From: an uncultured Gammaproteobacteria bacterium
GTDB lineage: Bacteria > Patescibacteriota > Microgenomatia > UBA8517
DNA length: 64,000 nucleotides
Assembly (NCBI GenBank): GCA_964431555.1
Contig: CAYSJW010000031.1
Location: 336 to 64,335 of the forward strand
Direction of reading: 5' to 3'
Shown here: one piece after another, positions 9,135 to 17,300 of the stretch
Position numbering within the stretch: position 1 is the stretch's first letter
How the letters are laid out: each line of letters starts with the position of its first letter
Translations under genes and position numbers: made by a program
Notes under the pieces: generated by a model
Database searches by the model: none
What the model saw: the letters and a program-made list of their open reading frames with translations, nothing else
Told to the model about the DNA's origin: nothing

Positions 9135-10430
9135 CTATCCAAACATCAATAATTCCGGTCTAAAGATTAGAAGAAGCCCAATTATTATCATCAAAATTCC
9201 TCCAATAAGATGAGAGTAACGGGAATATTTTGTGCTTATCCCGGTCACCTCCAAAGTTACCATTGCTGTTAAAAAGACAAAAAGATCATCTAACATAAAT
9301 ACGAAAATATAAAGAATCATATACAAATAGTACTGAAACCTAGTCAAATTACTCAAAGCTAAAACCTGTGTAAAAACAACAGGTAAACCTGCAGAGCAAA
9401 TAAGTTCAACCAGATTTACGGCAAAGGCAAGCAAAACTATTCCACCCAAAGCCAGTAAAAATTTTTTCTCTTGAGTAATATTTTTAAGTCTATCAAATAC
9501 TTTTTGCCTTTTTTCATCACTTGTAACCTTACAACCACTATCTTTATTGACAATATATTCCCTTAGGTTATAACCCCCTCCACTCAACGCAACCAAACCA
9601 ATCAAAACCCTTACCCAAATAATAAAACCGATAAACAAAATTAGATTCAACCACGCGGCCATAAATAAAAGGTAAACAAATGCGGAAGAGAAAATAAAAA
9701 CACTACCCAAAATCCAGCGTCTTTTTTTATCCTTCATGCCAAGAAGCAAACTTATTAAAAAAAGAAGAGTCCACATTGCGCAGGGGTTAAAGCCGTCCAA
9801 CGCTCCCAATAGAATTGCCATAGCCGGAAGAGAAAGGTCTTTGATATTAATACTACCGAGCAAGGGAATATTTATATTCTTAGGTATCTGAATACTTTTA
9901 TCAATTGAATTACCCTCAACTAAATCGTCTGCTTGAATTGGAGTAACTGTTTCTGTAATTGTACTTGTAAGAATAGGGGTGTCTGTCAGCTGCTCGAGTA
10001 TAGGGGTGGGTGTATTTTTTACTCCCTCAAGCTCCCGGATTATGGCGCCAACAAGATCCGGGTCACCTTTCTCAACATATTTTTCATATAGATTTGTTAT
10101 AGTTTTTCCTGTTATCTCGTCATTATAATAACCAACAAAATAACCTTTACCAACAATGGTAATCGGTACTCCGCTCGTTTCTATTTTGAATTTTTCACCT
10201 ACTGTACGAAGTATAAAATTGCTTTGCGGATCACTAATCTCATAGTAATGAACTAATAAGTTCGGGTAATTAGGTGAAATTTTTTGGAGAAATTCCTTTT
10301 CTCTTGCGCAATGAGGGCACGTTTTTGACCAGAAAAGATAAAGGTTAACCTGATTTTCCCGGGCAAAAATAATATTAGGGAACAAAAAGCATACACTAAA
10401 AAATATAAATACTACAATTTTTTTCAACAT
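9135..10430 (-). CDS. Thiol:disulfide interchange protein. An N-terminal DsbA/TlpA-like thioredoxin domain (CPHC) is fused to a CcdA/DsbD-like transmembrane domain.
   Basis: A signal peptide and WSKTCPHCAREKEFL mark the thioredoxin domain. The TM domain carries Cys-containing motifs GFNPCAMWTL and ELICSAGLP, typical of the DsbD/CcdA electron-transfer core. Confidence 0.6.
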   Translation of the reverse strand: MLKKIVVFIFFSVCFLFPNIIFARENQVNLYLFWSKTCPHCAREKEFLQKISPNYPNLLVHYYEISDPQSNFILRTVGEKFKIETSGVPITIVGKGYFVGYYNDEITGKTITNLYEKYVEKGDPDLVGAIIRELEGVKNTPTPILEQLTDTPILTSTITETVTPIQADDLVEGNSIDKSIQIPKNINIPLLGSINIKDLSLPAMAILLGALDGFNPCAMWTLLFLISLLLGMKDKKRRWILGSVFIFSSAFVYLLFMAAWLNLILFIGFIIWVRVLIGLVALSGGGYNLREYIVNKDSGCKVTSDEKRQKVFDRLKNITQEKKFLLALGGIVLLAFAVNLVELICSAGLPVVFTQVLALSNLTRFQYYLYMILYIFVFMLDDLFVFLTAMVTLEVTGISTKYSRYSHLIGGILMIIIGLLLIFRPELLMFG

Positions 10431-10433
10431 AAT

Positions 10434-10718
10434 TTACTTTTCTTTATTCTCATTAATCACCCTAACTAGTTCTTCTTTATCTACTTCACCCGTTAATCGT
10501 AAAAATTCCTTACCCTCTTTATCCAAAAAAATAAAAACGGGTAAGTTTCCGCTTTCAATATCATACTTTTTTATTTTTTCTTTATCATTATCAAAATCAA
10601 AATATTCCGTTTCCAGCCAGGGATTTTCCTTTTCAATCTCCTGCCAACGTGGACGCATAACAAGACACCCAGAACACCAGACAGCTCCGATTTTCAATAC
10701 TTTCATGAACTTTCTCAC
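10434..10718 (-). CDS. Thioredoxin-family protein.
   Basis: A 94-aa thioredoxin fold with the WCSGC active site. Confidence 0.65.
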   Translation of the reverse strand: MRKFMKVLKIGAVWCSGCLVMRPRWQEIEKENPWLETEYFDFDNDKEKIKKYDIESGNLPVFIFLDKEGKEFLRLTGEVDKEELVRVINENKEK

Positions 10719-10731
10719 CTCCTTTCAAGTT

Positions 10732-10932
10732 TTAACCATTGCAATTACAACGGACGGGGTTTTTACCGTCTTTTTTAATAAAATAAATATTTTTTAAAGA
10801 CTGTACTATCTTCTTAGAGTGGCACTTCGGACAATAAAATTTTTTTGGATCTTTTCTGTCATATTCTCCAAAACTTGCATTCAGATCAAAATTGTTTTTA
10901 CACTTCTGGCAGATAAAACTATATGCTGGCAT
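10732..10932 (-). CDS. FmdB-family regulatory zinc-ribbon protein.
   Basis: MPAYSFICQKCKNNFD...YCPKCHS is the FmdB pattern MPxYxYxCxxC...CPxC. I chose the start at the internal Met so that it does not overlap the upstream ccdA. Confidence 0.65.
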   Translation of the reverse strand: MPAYSFICQKCKNNFDLNASFGEYDRKDPKKFYCPKCHSKKIVQSLKNIYFIKKDGKNPVRCNCNG

Positions 10933-10934
10933 AC

Positions 10935-11648
10935 TTAAAATAAAACCCATTTAACCAAAAACTGTAAATAATAAATTCCTGTTAAAAGAAAAATACTGGC
11001 AATCATTTTCCTACTCGCCTCCTCAATTTTCTGCACTACCGAAAAAGCTTTTCCAACTTTTTGTATACTGAAAGCTATAAGAAATGAAAAAACAATTACC
11101 GGAAGTCCTGTTCCAATAGCAAAAAATGGAGCAAGTAAAAGCGCTTCACTTGATGCCAAAACCATCGGAATAAGCACACCGAAAAACAACACACCGCTAT
11201 AAGGACAAAAAGCCAAAGCAAAAAGCATCCCCAGAAGTATCGATCCTAAATATCCTTTTGAAGCCAAATGTTCTTTTAGTTTTTCAATCTTCTCATTTTT
11301 ACTGCCGAAATCTATTTTTATAACGCCGAGCATAATCAGTCCTATGATAATTAAAACAGGCCCCAAAATTTTATCGCCCCATCCTTGAAAGATACGGGAA
11401 ATCTCAAATGAAGATAAGCCAAAGTAAATTAAAGTTGCCAGAACTGTATAGCTAATTCCCCGACCAAGCGTATAAAATAAACCGTTCAAGAGAGTGTAGC
11501 GAGAGGTATTTATATCCTTGGAAATATAAGCAATAGCAGTGATGTTGGTTGCCAAGGGGCAAGGACTAATGGAAGTTAAGATACCAATAAGGAATGCCGT
11601 TAAGACTGGAATGTTATATACATCAATAAGATAGTTTATGTAATCCAT
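10935..11648 (-). CDS. ccdA: Cytochrome c-type biogenesis / disulfide-bond electron-transport membrane protein of the CcdA/DsbD family.
   Basis: It has six TM helices. The SPCPL motif is in TM1 and a second conserved Cys, AFCPYSG, is in TM4. Confidence 0.7.
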   Translation of the reverse strand: MDYINYLIDVYNIPVLTAFLIGILTSISPCPLATNITAIAYISKDINTSRYTLLNGLFYTLGRGISYTVLATLIYFGLSSFEISRIFQGWGDKILGPVLIIIGLIMLGVIKIDFGSKNEKIEKLKEHLASKGYLGSILLGMLFALAFCPYSGVLFFGVLIPMVLASSEALLLAPFFAIGTGLPVIVFSFLIAFSIQKVGKAFSVVQKIEEASRKMIASIFLLTGIYYLQFLVKWVLF

Positions 11649-11650
11649 AA

Positions 11651-12145
11651 TTATTTCCCCAATAGTGTCTTTAATTTATTCTCAAAATAATTACTGAATT
11701 GTTTTTCATTACCAACCAACCTCCAGACGGTAACATCTTCTTCAATGTTATCTTTTTCCCCCCGAATAGCATTTAGAAAAAGAGACGGACCACGAGCTTT
11801 GTATTTCATTACGATATCTTTATTTTCAACCGATTCACCATTAATATCCATATAAACAATTTTTCCTGATTCATATTCGTTTGGAAACTTTTCTTTAATA
11901 GTCTTTAAGGCGTATTCACCAACAGTGATACATGACCAGCACTGTTGCGTGCCGTGGAAATGGATAACTTCTATTTTATCGGCAGGAGCAATAGACTGCG
12001 GAGCGTTAGAAACTGTATTTAGACCGGAATTTCCCAAGACAGGCTGCGTTTTGTTAATTTCTTTGTATTTGGAATTTTTATTAATCACAAAAAAGCCAGA
12101 TATACCCAAGATTATTAAAATAATAACTACAACATTTTTTCTCAC
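11651..12145 (-). CDS. Membrane-anchored CxxC protein (thioredoxin-like fold, CWSC).
   Basis: An N-terminal TM helix and the motif HFHGTQQCWSC. Its operon context is the thiol-redox genes. Confidence 0.4.
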   Translation of the reverse strand: MRKNVVVIILIILGISGFFVINKNSKYKEINKTQPVLGNSGLNTVSNAPQSIAPADKIEVIHFHGTQQCWSCITVGEYALKTIKEKFPNEYESGKIVYMDINGESVENKDIVMKYKARGPSLFLNAIRGEKDNIEEDVTVWRLVGNEKQFSNYFENKLKTLLGK

Positions 12146-12153
12146 ATTATTAT

Positions 12154-13308
12154 CTAAACCATGCCATAAAAAAATCCCGCTAAAGTAGTCAGAATTATAA
12201 TTGAAACTGCATAAACAAGCATCTTCTTAGAGCCTATAAGTTTTCTAATAACTAGTAATCCCTGCAAAGATAAAACAGGATCGGCTAAAAGATAAGCCAT
12301 TAAAGGTCCCTTATTCATCCCCAGTTTCATGAAATTTTCAGCAATTGGCACTTCCACCAAAGCAGGAAAATAAGCCAAAGCACCAAACATAACGGCAATA
12401 AAATTGGTAAGCAATGTATTCTTACTTGCTAAGGTTTGAAACTCCTCCCTCGGAATAAGTCGGGTAATCGCAGCAGCAAAAAACACACCAACTAAAAGCA
12501 AGGGAATGATCTGACTTATAAACTTAATTGTTTCATCCCACCAAGCAGTCCTTCTTGTTTTAGAGAGCCAGGAAAAAGCCATAAAAAGCAGCAAAAGTAC
12601 TAACGGCAAAATTAAACTGTATCGTAAACTACTGTCAATAGGAGCAGTACCAACTACCAATATAGCAACCAGTGTTCCCCAAAACCAAAAAGTTTTTTTA
12701 CCCTGAAGTTTATCTAAATCTTGGGCAACAACCTGAAAATTTCCATCTTCTTTACCATCGCCGAAAATTCTCTCCATAATCAGACCTACCAAAATAGCAA
12801 AGATGACAGATAAGACAAATCTTGCAAGACTAAAACTCCAGCCTAAACGCTGGCCTGTTAAAATTAAAGCCACGATATTGAAAGCAGGGCCAGCATAAAG
12901 CAAGGTCGTGGCAATTCCCAAACCAGCTCCTTTCTTCCAAACACCAGCAAAAAGCGGTAAAATTGTGCAGGAACAAACTTCAATTAAAAAGCCAGCTGTG
13001 ACTGCAATAGCATAAGCCAACCATTTTTTTGTTTTTCCTGAAAGATATTTAAGAACCGATTGAGAATCAACCAAACTGTTAATCGCTCCGGCAATAAAAA
13101 AAGCGGGTACTAAACAAAAAAGAACATGAGCTGAAAGATAATCAACTAATCCTAGCCAGCCTTGATAAACTGCCTGACCAATGAGATTCTGCACTTGCTC
13201 GGAAGCTAAAAAGCTTTCTATCTGACTTTGCCAAAGATAGATTACTAAATAAGAACCTCCCAAAAACCCCAAAGCCCAGTTTTTCTTAAACATTTTAATA
13301 ATCTTCAT
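12154..13308 (-). CDS. Permease of the DUF318/COG0701 family (two-CxxC-type predicted permease; paired with ArsR and a thioredoxin-like protein).
   Basis: A polytopic membrane protein with the internal Cys motif IEVCSCTILPLFAG. Its gene neighbourhood is the classic ArsR / redox-active disulfide protein 2 / COG0701 permease arrangement. Confidence 0.65.
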   Translation of the reverse strand: MKIIKMFKKNWALGFLGGSYLVIYLWQSQIESFLASEQVQNLIGQAVYQGWLGLVDYLSAHVLFCLVPAFFIAGAINSLVDSQSVLKYLSGKTKKWLAYAIAVTAGFLIEVCSCTILPLFAGVWKKGAGLGIATTLLYAGPAFNIVALILTGQRLGWSFSLARFVLSVIFAILVGLIMERIFGDGKEDGNFQVVAQDLDKLQGKKTFWFWGTLVAILVVGTAPIDSSLRYSLILPLVLLLLFMAFSWLSKTRRTAWWDETIKFISQIIPLLLVGVFFAAAITRLIPREEFQTLASKNTLLTNFIAVMFGALAYFPALVEVPIAENFMKLGMNKGPLMAYLLADPVLSLQGLLVIRKLIGSKKMLVYAVSIIILTTLAGFFYGMV

Positions 13309-13311
13309 AGG

Positions 13312-13557
13312 TCATTTCTCTTGTGATTCCTTAATAAGAGCTTTAATTTTCTCAATATCCGGAGTAAAGCCAACCATCACCGGTTTTCCATTAACTGCAA
13401 GAACTGGACTGCCTACTACACCCATTTCCACAATCTTTGATACATCTGTAACATACCCAATCTCTTCGTCTAAACCTAATTCTTTGACTGCCTGCTGAGT
13501 TAATTCATATAACTTCTTGCAAGTTGGACAACCAGAACCTAATACCTGAATTTTCAT
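13312..13557 (-). CDS. Redox-active disulfide protein 2 (small thioredoxin-fold protein, CPTC).
   Basis: An 81-aa protein, MKIQVLGSGCPTCKKL..., with the MTH895/TIGR00412-like architecture. Confidence 0.7.
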   Translation of the reverse strand: MKIQVLGSGCPTCKKLYELTQQAVKELGLDEEIGYVTDVSKIVEMGVVGSPVLAVNGKPVMVGFTPDIEKIKALIKESQEK

Positions 13558-13883
13558 AGTTCCACCTCCTCCTGCGGAATGCTAAACAGCAAATTAGCAA
13601 TATATCTACCCTTAATAGTAAGTGAGTAATATACCCTTAAGCCCCGTTTCTCATCAGTAACCAAACCGGCATTTTTTAGATCTTTGAGATGATGGGAAAT
13701 AAGGCTTTGGGACATGCCAACATGCTCCATCAGCTCGCAGACGCAATGTTTTCCATTTTGGAGAATACACAAAAGTTTCAATCTGCTTTCTTCTGAAACT
13801 AATCTTAAAAGATTTGATAGAGAACTAACTTTCTTTGAACTATTGGCAGATAAAGAACAACAACTATATGAACCCATATTCAT
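13554..13883 (-). CDS. ArsR/SmtB-family metalloregulatory transcriptional repressor.
   Basis: The HTH is CELMEHVGMSQSLISHHLKDLKNAGLV. A metal-sensing Cys pair CVC precedes it. It is the first gene of the minus-strand redox operon. Confidence 0.75.
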   Translation of the reverse strand: MNMGSYSCCSLSANSSKKVSSLSNLLRLVSEESRLKLLCILQNGKHCVCELMEHVGMSQSLISHHLKDLKNAGLVTDEKRGLRVYYSLTIKGRYIANLLFSIPQEEVEL

Positions 13884-13940
13884 ATATATTAGGTGAAGAA
13901 TTATTTATAAGCAATAGTTATTTTGAATGTAGTTAGTTTT

Positions 13941-14123
13941 TTAATACCTTACTTTGAAGTTGAATATCTTTAACCTGTAATCTTCAATTTTCATCATTTG
14001 ATCTGCTGTTAATCCCTTAAAATATTTTATTATTGGACGAATGGAATTGCTGTGAGCAACTATCAAAACATTAATCTTTTCATTTCTCATTTTTTGGATA
14101 ACCTCTTTAATGAAAGAAAGCAC
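13941..14123 (-). pseudogene. C-terminal fragment of a histidine phosphatase (phosphoglycerate mutase GpmA-like).
   Basis: NVLIVAHSNSIRPIIKYFKGLTADQMMKIEDYRLKIFNF aligns with the GpmA C-terminus [38 protein letters not shown]. A possible short upstream piece starts with an ATG near 14273 in a shifted frame (MRKTIIEKRNF...). The total is far too short for an intact enzyme. Confidence 0.4.
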
Positions 14124-14383
14124 CCTTTTTTCAACTTCAATTATACTCTCCTTTCCAAGAAGATTTAGCTATTAACTCTTTAAAATCCAATATTTTTCTA
14201 CAAAACGAAAATCTCAGTTTCTTATCTATTAACCTCACAGGGAAATTTCTTTTTTCAATAATTGTCTTTCTCATACAGTCTGTGTATTTATTTACCTCAC
14301 TCAAATTCTATTAACCAATTCTTAGAAACAGCTGAAATTATACATAATAAAAAAAGACCTTGTAATTAAGTTGAGAAAATTCT

Positions 14384-14389
14384 TATAAT
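14384..14389 (+). promoter_or_regulatory. A TATAAT -10 box, 10 nt upstream of the ATG of the giant gene. This suggests a leaderless or very short-leader transcript.
   Basis: tcttATAATaaaaatataaATG. There is no SD. It lies in an AT-rich upstream tract. Confidence 0.3.
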
Positions 14390-14399
14390 AAAAATATAA

Positions 14400-17300
14400 A
14401 TGCAACCGGAAAACAATCTATCAATAGAAAATAATATCTTTAAAGAAGACTATCAAGCTAGTGAAAATTTTTTCAAAAAGATACTTTCTAAAATAAAAAA
14501 CATCTTTACTTTAGCTTTCATTAGAATAAAAACAGCCTGGCTGAGTATACCCAAAAAAACTAGGTTTATCATATCCCCGCTGATTATTCTTACACTTGCA
14601 CTACTTATACTCACGTTGGTATCAAAAAAGTTCAAACCCATAGATAGCATAAGGCGAATCACTCAAGAGGATATCATTAAACAATATTCTGAAGGATGGT
14701 CAAAACTTCAAATTCCCCAAAGAGAACCTGCTTTTTTCACTCTTAAACCGCAAACTCAAAGCAGATACGGCATCCTTCCCAAAGAGACATTTACACTAAA
14801 AACTAAAGAAGCTCTTGAGGAATCTTACATAAAAGAGAATTTAAACTCAAATATCCCAATTAAAATTACATCCGTTTCCAGTACCGAATTCAGAATTACA
14901 AGCGAAAAAGTTTTAGGAAATGACGAAATTGTTTCATTTAACTTACCGGTTAAAAACAAGAAAATCAGCAATCATACTTTTGACAGAAACTACGGATGGA
15001 CATTTCAGACTCAAGGCAAATTTAGAGTTACATCCACTATTCCCGGAAACGAGAAAAAGGACGTTCCACTAAATACTGGAATAGAAATTGTCTTCAGTCA
15101 AGATGATTACAAAGACCCGAAAGACTATATTACGATTACACCTGACATTGAATGGAGGGGGGAAAGACATGGAGAAACTTACGCAATCATTCCCATTAAA
15201 AAACTTAAAGCAAAAACAATCTATACAGTAACACTTAAAAAGGGGTTAAATTTGGAATCACGAAACGATCCAATTGGAGAGGATTTTACTTTTTCCTTCC
15301 AGACACAAGAGTTGGCTGATCCTCAAATGACTACAAGATCTCCAAGAATATCTTTAAATGAAAACTTCATACAAGTTTCAACAAATGAACAACCACCAGC
15401 TGTCAGTGTCTACACATCAAATTGGAAGAACGATTTAAGTCTTAAAACAAAAATCTATAAATTTCCAAACAGCACTCTATTTATCGAATCTAGAAAAAAA
15501 ATAGATGAAGCATCTTCAAATTGGTGGTCATATTTTGCAGAAGACCAAGAAATTTCAACCGAAAACTTAGCCAAAGTTGCTGAAATGGATCTCAAACTCC
15601 AAGAAAAGGATAATGTTGACTACATCCAACTTCCAGAAACTCTGCCTGAAGGCATGTATCTTGTCCAATTTTGGTATGAAGACGGTAAAAAACTCGAGCA
15701 GCTCTGGCTTCAATCAACAAATATTTCCGGATATATATCCGTAGGACGAAAACAAACACTTGTCTGGGTAAATGATGTTGCATCGGGAGAACCGGTAAAA
15801 AGCGCTCAGATAATACCTATTGGAACTAGTTTAAATTATTCAACAAGTGACAATGGAATTGCCGTCTTCTCAACTCCTCAAATTTTTTACGACAAACTAA
15901 TTCATTATATTAAAGTAGCTTCCGATAAAGGCGAGTTAATTTTACCCGTAAATTCGCTTAAAGGATATACCAAACCACAAGAAAAAAATTCCAATGATTA
16001 CTGGTCCTATCTTTACCACGAAAGACGTCTTTATAAACCGGAAGACACAGTTTATTTCTGGGGAGTAATAAAAGAAAGAGACACCGGTCTTATTCCCTCA
16101 AATATAAAAGTAAGTCTTACCAGCGGATATTACTATTACCCACCAAACGAAAATCTCCCGCTTAAATCCGTGGATATTACTCCCGATACCAATGGTTCTT
16201 TTATTGGTAATATAACATTGACAAATATTCCAAAAGGATATTATGAACTTTCCCTAACAGTGAATGAGGTCTGGATTGAAAGCAGTTACCTTCAAATTAC
16301 AGAGTATGAAAAACCCGAAATGAAAATTGAGGTTACTTCTGAAAAGAAAGCCATTTTTTCAACAGAAAAAAACAACTTTACTGCAAAAGTAAGCTTTTAC
16401 GACGAAACCCCAGCAAAAGGGGTTCCTCTAAACATATATAAATCGTTATACTCAAGTGGAGATAAAATTGAATTAAAAACTGACGCAAAAGGAGAAATAA
16501 AATACACTTATCAACCTCAATACGAAAAAGAAAGCAGTAATTACTCATATTATCCACGATATGAAAGTATAACAATTAGTCCTGCGCTAGCGGAGGAATC
16601 CAACATTGAAGGTTTTGGAAGCGTTTACGTTTATGGTTCAAAGCTGATGATCACATCAAAATCCAAACAAGAAGGGAATAAGGCATATCTTTCCGCAACA
16701 GTGAATAAAGTCAACTTAGATAACATAAATAAAGGAATCTCATCTGATGTAAAAGGAGATATTATTCCCAATAAAGAAGTCAGTATGAATATTACAAAAA
16801 CATGGTGGGAGAAAATTGAAGAAGGAACTTATTATGATTTCATCGAAAAAACCACCAGACCTTCCTATAAATATCAAAGACACGACGAAAAAATTGTTGA
16901 CACCAAATTAAAAACAAACGGAAATGGGGAAATTTCATTCGAGTTTAACATGGAAAATGATAAGTCCTATCATTTAATCTTGTCTACTAGTGATGAGGAT
17001 AATCACAAAACTTACGCGAATGAATATTACTATTACCATAAAGGTGATCAAGACTATTCTTTTTATAATGAGTCATATGAGTCCAGATATTCTGGTCTTA
17101 CTTTAGATAAGAAAGAAAACACTTACTCCGTAGGAGAAGATGTTAACTTAAGCATTAAACTAAAAGGTGAAAACTTCCCTGACAATGAAAAAAATAGATT
17201 CCTTTTTATATTAGCCCAAAGAGGAAATCAAGACTTTTTCGTTGAAGAAGGACCAAAATTCAGTTTTACCTTCGAGAAAAAACACATACCCGCTATCTAT

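Noticed and set aside
11651-12145. Considered annotating the CWSC protein as a copper chaperone or MerP-like metal-binding protein.
   Set aside because: The GMxCxxC ferredoxin-like motif is absent. The context (thioredoxins, CcdA) fits a thiol-disulfide role better, but the fold is unassigned.
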